NCBI GenBank assembly: GCA_002269645.1
Contig: NIVC01002905.1
Span: 62,001-126,000, forward strand
Source: Macrostomum lignano
Taxonomy: Eukaryota
Length of the DNA: 64,000 nt
Reading direction: 5' to 3'
Shown: positions 36,891-48,415 of the stretch, piece by piece
Layout: each line of letters begins with the position of its first letter
Numbering within the stretch: the first letter of the stretch is position 1
Notes under the pieces: generated by a model
Database searches by the model: none
The model's input: only the letters and a program-made list of their open reading frames with translations
What the model was told of the DNA's origin: nothing
Program-made: the position numbers and the translations under genes

Positions 36891-37032
36891 TATTTCGTAG
36901 TTTCTAATTTTATTTGAAAAAAATAAGTAGAAACTAATCGCATGAAAAGTTATTAATCCCGGCGACGGTTTAATTGCATTTTATTTTATTAAATTTTAGT
37001 TAATTACCCTCAACCAATTTCCTTTACTTCAG

Positions 37033-37267
37033 TCACGCCTATCACTACGAAGAGAATGGCGTTCACAAGCGCACATTGGTGAAAGCTTTTGGCATTCAAT
37101 TCTTTATCAGCGTCACGGGCCGAGGCGGAAAATTTGATATTCTCAACTTTACTATGAATTTGGGCTCTGGATTGGCGCTGCTCACGCTGGCCACTGTGCT
37201 GTGCGACATCATTGTGCTCAACATTATGCGCAAGAGAAAGAAGTACCGACAGGCCAAGATAGACAAG
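37033..37267 (+). CDS. P2RX4: P2X receptor exon 6 (TM2 and YxxxK motif)
   Basis: Acceptor CTTCAG|T. Translates HAYHYEENGVHKRTLVKAFGIQFFISVTGRGGKFDILNFTMNLGSGLALLTLATVLCDIIVLNIMRKRKKYRQAKIDK. Phase-0 donor AAG|GTAGGG. Confidence 0.96.
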
Positions 37268-37319
37268 GTAGGGGCCATTGTCTCGCTTCATTTAGGGTTG
37301 ACATGGGTTTGTGTTTATG

Positions 37320-37341
37320 ATTGACTAATTGACTGATTGAC

Positions 37342-37373
<32 letters not shown>

Positions 37374-37555
37374 CGATTGATTGATTGATTGATTGATCGA
37401 TTGATCGATTGATCGATTGATCGATTGATCGATTGATCGATTGATCGATTGATTGATTGACTGATTGACTTATTGATTGATTGATTGACTGATTGATTGA
37501 TCGATTGATTGATTGATCGATTGATTAATTGATTGATTGACTGATTAATTAATTG
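37320..37555. repeat. (GATT)n/(GATC)n compound microsatellite
   Basis: Read directly. Confidence 0.96.
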
Positions 37556-38713
37556 AATATATTCGTAGTTGATTCGTTGTAGTGAAAAATGTAATAGTTC
37601 ATTAATCGACTTTTCTATTTATTGATGAAATGAATGATTAATTTATATGTTAGTATTAATTAATTGATTCGTGAACAGTCAGAAAATTAATCACCTTTAG
37701 GCCGAACAACCCCTGCAGCAACCGAAAAACAGCCCTCGATCTGTCTGTTCATTCCAGAGAATTTCTGAACTTGCACTTTAGCTCGCTCCTGTAAATCATG
37801 CTGGTTTCACTCAACAATCCCTAAGAAGCTTTTATGGGTATTAATAATTCACCAAATGTTGTCAATAGCTTGGACATGTTTTTCTCCCGAGGGACGACAG
37901 GCGTTGGCAACAGAGCGGGAAAAAGGAATACCTAAAAGCAGGCGGCCCACAAGATGGAGCTTTTCATTATCAGTCTTTGGGATTAACATTTTGAAGCCCT
38001 GGCAAATTCTGGCTCAACTTATATTAGGAAACTGTCTGAAGCAGAAGACGTCAGAGAGCAGCGACTCAGGAAGGAGACAGAGTTAGAAAAGGAAATTAGA
38101 GTCAAATTTCAAGGCAGCGAAGGCATCAGAGTTTCGAGACTCGCGAGCATTCAGCCAATGAGGAATGTAGCTAGGGAATTAATAAGTAAAATAAGCAACT
38201 CAGCTTACTTGCCAGCGACTATTTCTGATGCTTCATCAGTGCCTGGGCAGGACAGGCAAGTTCTAAATATAATTAAGTCTTCATGAAAGTTTAACTTTTT
38301 TTCGGAAATTAGCCTAATTATTAAGAAGCTGTGGGGCGCCCTGGCGACAGCGTCCCGAAACCAGGGCTGAGGCAATTCTGCCATCAAATTTGGTATGTTT
38401 GATGGCAAATTTTCCGAGAAACGTACTTTCCCGACGTCCTTCGACCGGTACTTGAGTAGTCCTTGAAAAAAAGCTTCTAGGTTGATCACAGCACTCAGAT
38501 TTTAGGGCTGAAAAACCAAGCTAGAAAATATTAGTTCTTAAAAAATTCTGCACAAAGCTCTGTTGCAGAAATTAGCCTAATTTAGAGTCTGTAGTTTAGA
38601 GTATTGTCAGAAAGATCAATAATTATAACAAAATAAAGACATGCGTCACAGATATTAAAAATCAGTCTATGAAATCGAACTATTTAAGCATTGAATGTCA
38701 ACATGACAAACAG

Positions 38714-39196
38714 GTCAAACGCCGTCAAATCGAGCGGGCCAAGACCACACGGGAGAGCGGTCGAGTCCCCCAGTCGGCAGGGCAGCAACAACAACAGAAG
38801 CCAAGAAAGAAGAGCGCAGTTTACAAGAAACGCACCGCAGCCGCAGCAACGACCTGGAAGCACGAGCGGCCTCAGACCAGACTCAACGAGAAGCACCGCG
38901 ACAAGACCAGCTCAACCATCGGGGACGAGATTGAATGCCACGACTCCAACAACGGTGCCAGCCAGCAACTGCAACAACTGCAACAGCAGCTAGGCGTACC
39001 CAGCCAGCCATTCAATCCGCACGGTTCACGGTCCTCGTTTCCCTACATGTCGGCCTCACAGACTGAAAATAATTCGTCAAGTTCCAGCGGCAACAGCGAC
39101 GCTCTTGACAATCGCGATGAAGTCAGCAGCAGCGACAGCGACAGCGACACGGAACGGTGCAGTCCCAGAAAGTCTGGCGACAGCACAATGTGCTGA
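38714..39196 (+). CDS. P2RX4: Probable terminal P2X exon 7 (160-aa low-complexity intracellular tail)
   Basis: Acceptor ACAG|GTC in phase 0 gives ...YRQAKIDK|VKRRQIER..., placing Val as in P2X4 YREKKYKYV. The frame is open to TGA at 39194-39196 with poly-Q and Ser/Asp-rich composition. The polypyrimidine tract is weak. The seven exons total 1635 nt (544 aa). Confidence 0.7.
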   Translation, partial: VKRRQIERAKTTRESGRVPQSAGQQQQQKPRKKSAVYKKRTAAAATTWKHERPQTRLNEKHRDKTSSTIGDEIECHDSNNGASQQLQQLQQQLGVPSQPFNPHGSRSSFPYMSASQTENNSSSSSGNSDALDNRDEVSSSDSDSDTERCSPRKSGDSTMC

Positions 39197-39842
39197 GCAT
39201 GTTTTTTAACACGCCGTTGTGTTTTATAACAGCTTGAAAATTTCAACAGTTAATCAGGATTTTAAGCCAGATTCCCGAACTTTTTTGCGTTCATGCTTCA
39301 AGAATAATTTCAGTGTCTACTTAGAAAACGACTTTTTAAACTTAAATTATAATTTGACTACGCAACGCCTTCGGAGAAAACCGTTGCACCACCAGCATTG
39401 AGGGCGACTCTGTCATTCCGTTGACTCCTGAGTACGTGCAAGTGCGCCAGTACTGTACGCTGGCACAGCACGTTTCGCACATTTTGGTTGTTTCTACCAG
39501 CTTTCGCATTACCTTGGCGTTTGACACATTTCAATAATTTATGAACTTGGTTTATGAACTTCAATCGTCAACTGCTCGCTTGTATGTAGTTTAAAAGCAA
39601 TGCTTGTTCTTGGACATTGTTTGAATATCTATCTCAAGTATCGTAGTCAATGCTTACTTTCTGATAATAATTTGTTTTTCTTGCTATCCTAGCATATTGT
39701 CTGAGTAAGTCTGTACTGCCCTCTTGACTATACAGCAGCCGCTGCACTCGCGTATGAATCGTAAAAAAATTCACCTAAGGCCCTGTAATATTTATCTGCA
39801 AGGTGCTTCACTAACGCCCTAATAAATATTTCAGAAATTTTT

Positions 39843-41110
39843 GGCACCCACCAAGAGACAGGGGCGCCCAAAAAGAGACAGGGGTGCCCATCAAGATACA
39901 GGGGCACCCACCAAGAGAAAGTGGCGCCCATCGAGAGGCAGGGGTGCCCAATAAGAGACAGTAGCGCCCACCAAGAGACAGGGGCGCCCACCAAGAGACA
40001 GGGGCGCCCACCAAGATACAGGGGCACCCAACAAGAGACAAGGGCACCCAACAAGAGACAGGGGCACCCAACAAGAGACAGGGGCGCCCATCAAGAGACA
40101 GGGGCGCCCAACAAGAGACAGCGGCGCCCAATAAGAGACAGGGGCGCCCAACAAGAGACAGGGGCACCCAACAAGAGACAGGGGCGCCCATCAAGTGACA
40201 GGGGCGCCCACCAAGATACAGGGGCACCCAACAAGAGACAAGGGCACCCAACAAGAGACAGGGGCACCCAACAAGAGACAGGGGCGCCCATCAAGAGACA
40301 GGGGCGCCCAACAAGAGACAGCGGCGCCCAATAAGAGACAGGGGCGCCCAACAAGAGACAGGGGCACCCAACAAGAGACAGGGGCGCCCATCAAGAGACA
40401 GGGGCGCCCAACAAGAGACAGGGGCGCCCATCAAGAGACAGGGGCGCCCAACAAGAGACAGGGGCGCCTATCAAGAGACAGGGGCACCCAACAAGAGACA
40501 GGGGCGCCCATCAAAAGACAGGGGCACCCAACAAGAGACAGGGGCACCCAACAAGAGACAGGGGCGCCCATCAAGAGACAGGGGCGCCCAACAAGAGACA
40601 GGGGCGCCCAACAAGAGACAGGGGCGCCCACCAAGAGACAGGGGCACCCACCAAGAGACAGGGGCGCCCAACAAGAGACAGGGGCGCCCAACAAGACACA
40701 GGGGCACCCAACAAGAGACAGGGGCGTCCATCAAAAGACAGGGGCACCCAACAAGAGACAGGGGCGCCCAACAAGAGACAGGGGCACCCACCAAGAGACA
40801 GGTGCGCCCACCAAGAGACAGGGGCGCCCACCAAGAGACAGGGGTGCCCAAGAAGAGACAGGGGCGCCCAACAAGAGACAGGGGCGCCCAACAAGAGACA
40901 GGGGCGCCCACCAAGAGACAGGGGCGCCCAACAAGAGACAGGGGCGCCCAACAAGAGACAGGGGCGCCCACCAAGAGACAGGGGCGCCCACCAAGAGACA
41001 GGGGCGCCCACCAAGAGACAGGGGCGCCCAACAAGAGACAGGGGCGCCCAACAAGAGACAGGGGCGCCCAACAAGAGACAGGGGCGCCCACCAAGAGACA
41101 GGGGCGCCTA
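39843..41110. repeat. 20-bp minisatellite (GGGGCGCCCAACAAGAGACA)n, about 63 copies
   Basis: Read directly. Confidence 0.98.
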
Positions 41111-41774
41111 CTGCGAACGCCACTGATCTGTGTGCTGACCGCCATTTCCCAGTGAAAACTTTAAAACAGACGAAAACCCGATTTCGAGTGCAGCGTCCCA
41201 CATTTTCGGTATTCATAGTTCTCTAAGTCAAAACAATAAACCCATTTAATATGCAGTGCTGGTAAACTACCAGGATCATTTTATAAAATCGCAATAATTC
41301 ACATAAAAGCTTTAGTTTACATGTCACGAGCTTTAAACTAATAACTATATCTGTCGAAAATGAAGTTTTAATTATTCAAGACTTTTCATGGAATTGGGAG
41401 GCCTTTTTATATTTTCTGATATTCAACAAGCCTTTTCATTCTGCATGGTTAGAAAACGCTGACAAAGTTAATTAACGTTGACCTGCTGAAATATTATCTT
41501 GAAATGCAATATATCGTTATGCAGTTGACTCTCTACAGACTTTATCATCGAGTTCTCCTACAGCTTGGATGCTTAGAATTCAGGCATTGCTTTAGTAAAA
41601 CATAATGTACTATTATTAGCGTAATCTATCCGGTTTTAAAGTTTATAATATTCCACATAAACGTGATTGATTATTGTTATGATTCTATATTAAACTTATA
41701 AAACCTCTATAATTAAAAATGTTTATCGTAAGTATGGAGTAGTATGGAGTGATCAGAAACTATAATATAATGTT

Positions 41775-42505
41775 TGAGTGAGATGAGTGTGGAGTGAAGT
41801 GGGTTTGGAGTGAGGTGGGGGAGGAGTGAGTTGGGTGTGGAGTGAGTTGGGTGTGGAGTGAGTTGGGTGAAAAGTGAGGTGGGTGCGGAGTGAGGTGGGT
41901 ATGGAGTGAGTTGGGTGTCGAGTGAGGTGGGTATGGAGTGAGTTGGGTGTCGAGTAAGGTGGGTGCGGAGTGAGATGGGTGTGGAGTGAGGTGGGTGCGG
42001 AGTGAGGTGGGTGTGGAGTGAGGTGGGTGTGGAGTGAGGTGGGTGAGGAGTGAGGTGGGTGCGGAGTGAGGTGGGTATGGAGTGAGTTGGGTGTCGAGTG
42101 AGGTGGGTGCGGAGTGAGATGGGTGTGGAGTGAGGTGGGTGAGGAGTGAGGTGGGTGTGGAGTGAGGTGGGTGTGGAGTGAGGTGGGTGTGGAGTGAGGT
42201 GGGTGTGGAGTGAGGTGGGTGTGGAGTGAGGTGGGTGTGGAGTGAGGTGGGTGTGGAGTGAGGTGGGTGTGGAGTGGAGTGGGTGAGGAGTGAGGTGGGT
42301 GTGGAGTGAGGTGGGTGTGGAGTGGAGTGGGTGTGGAGTGAGGTGGGTGTGGAGTGAGGTGCTTGTGGAGTGAGGTGGGTGTGGAGTGAGGTGGGTGTGG
42401 AGTGAGGTGGGTGTGGAGTGAGGTGCGTGTGGAGTGAGGTGGGTGTGGAGTGAGGTGGGTGTGGAGTGAGGTGGGTGTGGAGTGAGGTGGGTGTGGAGTG
42501 AGGTG
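41775..42505 (+). repeat. 16-bp minisatellite (GGAGTGAGGTGGGTGT)n, third locus
   Basis: Same family as 32963 and 33545. Confidence 0.96.
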
Positions 42506-43637
42506 AATTCGAAATCGCAGAAGAATAATCTTCTGATCGCCATGGTAAGCGTGAATATTTTTACGCAATTAAAAAAGGCAAGCTCTGTTAATGCGCTCTG
42601 TTGTGGGTTGATGGCTTTGCCATAGACATTTTTGTTACGCGACTGCGTTTATGAATTGAACCATGCTATTGAGTTATGAAATAAATGATAGACGCGTCAG
42701 AGGTCAACAGACCGCTAGACTGACAATTGCTAAAGGCTAAAGCCAAAAGCACAACACGCTCAGCTAGAGTTCCGAAGTTTTTTTTCTGATTTTGATCCCT
42801 CCTGAATACACGGTTCTGAGGACAGCCACAATGAATCTCTAAAATGAAAATAAATATACTGTCAATGTATTATATTGAACCACAATAAATTATTCCTCTA
42901 AAATGAGCTTTAACATAAAAAGTAGAAGTGGGAGCTGAATTCGATACTATGACCCCATTCACATATTTTAAGAGGCATTAAACAACCAAAAAAGAGCTTA
43001 GATGATTCTGAGTAAATATTACCTCAAATTTAGAAGACATTTTACAAGATTGTGAACCATCAAAATATTAACAGCTAGCTAATAAACATTTGACGTATCA
43101 ATTTGCAATTTTTGTATCCTCTAATCGCAATTACATATGAAAGTGCATTATTTTCAAAATATTTAATGTAACAACTGCTACAAGAGTAGATTAAAATTTG
43201 GTGGACAAAGCACTGACAAGGAAAGCGAAAATACTACAACAGATCGAAAACAAAACAAGTAACTATTGGTTGCTTTTTAGTGAAAACTGATGGACAGACA
43301 ATATTGACAATTAAAAAGGAACAATCGCATATATGATTACAAAAAAATCAACTAAGTTAGTCTTCTATAACGCATGAGACTTCATAAGATCACCACTTAC
43401 TTTTTTGGATGCCAATTTTTATCCCAAGTACCTAGATTTGCCTTAGCTTATTTATCTTGTTCACGCGTTTGTCTCTCTGGTTGCTATAAGGTCTCTGTTG
43501 GTTACTTCCTGACAATAATCTCAGCTCCTATAATTGCATGACTCGCTGTGATTAAAAACTTGCAAAACATCTACGAGCGTGTTAACAAAGACTCGCTACT
43601 CAAGTAGGACGGGTAACCTCGAAAATTTTAGGAGGCA

Positions 43638-44705
43638 GACAGGGGCGCCAACCCAAGAGACAGGGGCGCCCACCCAAGAGACAGGGGCACCCACCCAAGA
43701 GACAGGGGCACCCACCCAAGAGACAGGGGGCGCCCACCCAAGAGACAGGGGCGCCCACCCAAGAGACAGGGGCACCCACCCAAGAGACAGGGGCGCCAAC
43801 CCAAGAGACAGGGGCGCCAAACCAAGAGACAGGGGCGCCAACCCAAGAGACAGGGGCGCCAACCCAAGAGACAGGGGCACCCACCCAAGAGACAGGGGCA
43901 CCCACCCAAGAGACAGGGGGCGCCCACCCAAGAGACAGGGGCGCCAACCCAAGAGACAGGGGCACCCACCCAAGAGACAGGGGCACCCACCCAAGAGACA
44001 GGGGGCGCCCACCCAAGAGACAGGGGCGCCAACCCAAGAGACAGGGGCACCCACCCAAGAGACAGGGGCACCCACCCAAGAGACAGGGGCGCCAACCCAA
44101 GAGACAGGGGCGCCCACCCAAGAGACAGGGGCGCCCACCCAAGAGACAGGGGCGCCAACCCAAGAGACAGGGGCGCCCACCCAAGAGACAGGGGGCGCCC
44201 ACCCAAGAGACAGGGGCGCCCACCCAAGAGACAGGGGCACCCACCCAAGAGACAGGGGCACCCACCCAAGAGACAGGGGGGCCAACCCAAGAGACAGGGG
44301 CGCCCACCCAAGAGACAGGGGCGCCCACCCAAGAGACAGGGGCGCCCACCAAGAGACAGGGGCGCCAACCCAAGAGACAGGGGCGCCAACCCAAGAGACA
44401 GGGGCGCCCACCCAAGAGACAGGGGCGCCCACCCAAGAGACAGGGGCGCCCACCCAAGAGACAGGGGCGCCCACCCAAGAGACAGGGGCGCCCACCCAAG
44501 AGACAGGGGCGCCCACCCAAGAGACAGGGGTGCCCACCCAAGAGACAGGGGCGCCCACCCAAGAGACAGGGGCGCCTACCCAAGAGACAGGGGCGCCCAC
44601 CCAAGAGACAGGGGCGCCCACCCAAGAGACAGGGGCGCCCACCCAAGATACAGGGGCGCCTACCCAAGAGACAGGGGCGCCCACCCAAGAGACAGGGGCG
44701 CCTAC
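43638..44705. repeat. 21-bp minisatellite (GGGGCGCCCACCCAAGAGACA)n, about 50 copies
   Basis: One-nucleotide-longer relative of the 39843 array. Confidence 0.98.
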
Positions 44706-45164
44706 CAAGACAACAATTTCAGGAGGCAGATTTTTCGACAAAATACACTATAGGAAGTTTTCATTTTTCAGCACAAAATTTGTTACTGCTTTCGATAGGA
44801 GGCAGACCCAAAGTTCATCTTTTGATATGCTGTGCCTTTCTTATAGCTCTATTGATATTCATAAAGCGTTTGGTCTAGAAAATTAGAAATCTACGTCAAT
44901 TTTTCATTCCGCGTACAATTTCATATCTCTTGTGCATGAAAACCATTAAAATGGCACGACTTGGCTCATTAGTTTTAGAAATCTATTTTATCATTCTTAG
45001 CTGACTGTTTAACAATATGTGTAACAGAAATGATAAAATAGATTCATAAAACCAATGATCCGAGCTGTGCCATGCATTTTTATGATTTTTAAGCACAGGG
45101 AATGTACATAGAATAAAAAATTATCACGGAAGGCTTAGTGTTATGCTATATCAACTAATCTCAA

Positions 45165-46493
45165 TTAGAAACACCTGCTGGTGATCTCAGTGGTCTCCGC
45201 ACTCTCTTCTAAACTGCTCTCGTTCTTGAGTCGAACTGAGACAGTCGACTCGCACTGCAGCTGCAGCTGCTCATGCTCAACTTTCTGTGGTCGTTCGTCA
45301 CCGCTGCGCAAAGAGACGCTGGTCTTGGGCAGGCGTTCGAGTCGCAGGCAGTTAATGGAGGACAGTCTGTCCCGGTACAGCAGCTGCTGTCTCTGCCGAC
45401 GCTGCTGCAGCTGCTGCTGCCGTTTGAGTCGTGTCGGACAGCAGATTCGGCAGAATATGTTCGCAAGATCGCCTCGGAACTTATTGGAAGAAGCGGCATA
45501 GACAAAGAAATTCAGCAGGGAATCCGTCACGAGAAGGACGTTGGTGACGCTGTCGGGATGGATTGGCAGCTTCTCGGGCAGGTCCGGGTTGTGCTGCAGG
45601 ATGGTTGTTGAGATAAATGTCGGTATCTCGAAGATGCAGAACAGAATGGCCAGGCCCAGGACCATTTGGCTGGCTCGCAACGACGACAACGGGCCGCTGT
45701 CAGAGCCGCCGCAGCCGCCGCAGCTTCGCCGAGTGGTATCGGCTCGTTCAAGTCGATTCTTGCGAATACGAAGCCACATAGTGATGGTGGGAAATGGGAT
45801 CAGAACAGTGGGGATCAGAGCCTGGAATACGTAGATCGCCCAGGGCACCAGGTCCATCTGCAGGTAGGGCCGCATGACAATCACTGTGTCGCCTGGGGAT
45901 TTCTCTGGCGCCAGAACCGCCGCGTCGTTCTCAAACGACAGCAACTCATCGGAGTTGGTGCAGAGCACGCCCAGACCGCCTAGGTGGGCCAGCAGGGCCA
46001 AGGCCAGGGCTGTGCAAATCACCAGCGCAAAGGCGATCGCCAGGCGAAACCGGTTGAAAAACAGGAACCTCCTGGAGGCCAACGGTCGGACGATAACTTC
46101 GCAACGGGCCGCGCTGATTAGCAGGACGTTCCAATTGCGAATGGACACCAGGGCGTTGATTGCGAGGTGCGTGACGGTGGTGAACACGTAGGTGAACGCG
46201 CTGTGCCAGTGCTCAAAGTTGCTCAACACGATGCCAGTCTCGGTGAGCAGGGCGCACTGCAGGCAAATCTCCGTGCTAGAAATTGACAGTAGCGAAAACC
46301 TGACCGCTCGATTGTCGAACTTCTGCCGCGAGAAGACGAACAGGGAGAGCGAATTTGCCAGCAGAGCGATTAGGGCTATCGGTAGGATGACCAAACAGTT
46401 GAGTCGTTCGGTCAGAACGTAGCTGTGATCGTGCAGATCCAAGGTCTGGTTGATCTCGTCCGGTTTGCAGCTGTCCCTGATGAAGTGCAGCAT
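45165..46493 (-). CDS. Rhodopsin-like (class A) GPCR, orphan or peptide-receptor-like, uninterrupted CDS, 442 aa
   Basis: First ATG at 46493 (the track start at 46508 is TTG). N-glycosylation site NQT, seven hydrophobic segments, TM1 ALLANSL, TM3 SIRNWNVLLISAARCEVIVRPL, TM5 QALIP, TM6 FCIFEIP, TM7 DSLLNFFVY, helix 8 NKFR, and CRICC as a likely palmitoylation site. Confidence 0.93.
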   Translation of the reverse strand: MLHFIRDSCKPDEINQTLDLHDHSYVLTERLNCLVILPIALIALLANSLSLFVFSRQKFDNRAVRFSLLSISSTEICLQCALLTETGIVLSNFEHWHSAFTYVFTTVTHLAINALVSIRNWNVLLISAARCEVIVRPLASRRFLFFNRFRLAIAFALVICTALALALLAHLGGLGVLCTNSDELLSFENDAAVLAPEKSPGDTVIVMRPYLQMDLVPWAIYVFQALIPTVLIPFPTITMWLRIRKNRLERADTTRRSCGGCGGSDSGPLSSLRASQMVLGLAILFCIFEIPTFISTTILQHNPDLPEKLPIHPDSVTNVLLVTDSLLNFFVYAASSNKFRGDLANIFCRICCPTRLKRQQQLQQRRQRQQLLYRDRLSSINCLRLERLPKTSVSLRSGDERPQKVEHEQLQLQCESTVSVRLKNESSLEESAETTEITSRCF

Positions 46494-46974
46494 GCTGGAT
46501 AAACACAAAACAGTGTGCTAACTAGTTAGCCATGTTACTTGTTAGATAGATACATATGTTTTTTAATAAATGAAACAAAAGCAAAACGATATCTAGAGCG
46601 GGGATTAAAGCAAGTCTTTCGTCTTGTTCCGAGAATTCTTCACCTGTAGGATATTCATAATTTACCGGGGGGGGGGTTGTGCCTTTGTGTCCTTTCATCC
46701 ACAGTTCCCTAGATAATAGCATGTAATTTACTATCTATTCTGCTCCTTTGAGCAACCAACAAGCACCGTTATCAGATGAAGCAGTGTGCCGGACACCTGC
46801 CCAAGAACAAAGCATGGAGAGAAACATTTTGGTCGTGTATGTATATTTTAGCAACGAGTTTTAGCAAAAACAAGTCGCTGCGAAGTGCACTGCAAAGAGT
46901 ATTTGTATGAATTCGCATACAAACAGATGCGCAGAACGCAGTGGTGTACACAGAAGGGGCAGGGAACCCGCCAT

Positions 46975-47125
46975 GAGACAGGGGCGCCCACCAAGAGACA
47001 GGGGCGCCCACCCAAGAGACAGGGGCGCCCACCCAAGAGACAGGGGCGCCCACCCAAGAGACAGGGGCGCCAACCCAAGAGACAGGGGCGCCCACCCAAG
47101 AGACAGAGGCGCCCACCATGAGACA
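46975..47125. repeat. Short array of the 20/21-bp GGCGCC minisatellite upstream of the GPCR
   Basis: About 7 units. Confidence 0.95.
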
Positions 47126-47587
47126 GGATTGCAAGGGCCTCTTAGGAATTGGCGCTCCTCTAATTAAAACGTCTTGGCTCTAGAATCGTCAAAAATTTTC
47201 ATCCTCAAAGTTGTGACAAGAGCAAAATCACGAGCTAGATTCAGATACTAATAAAGTTATTTGTGCTGTATAATCGCTCTTCAACGTTTTGCTTACGTGT
47301 TTCGAATTGACGGAGACTTTGAACTGGTCAAATATTAGTTCAACTTGAATCGCTTTGGCCGGGTTTATTGTCGACTTCTGAAGGTTGAAATCTACTGCGG
47401 ACTTGATCTACTGTATTATTAGCCAAATTTGAGCAGCTCTCCTTGCGTCGGGTCAAAATAGCGTCGAAAAATGGGGTGGGCAGGGCGCCAGACAGGAGGA
47501 GGTGGGAATATGAGGGTCGAGCAGAAGCCTATCCAGCTAGTTGGGCCGCCAATGCGAATTCTAACAGCCAATCCAAATGCTTGTAGA

Positions 47588-48415
<828 letters not shown>

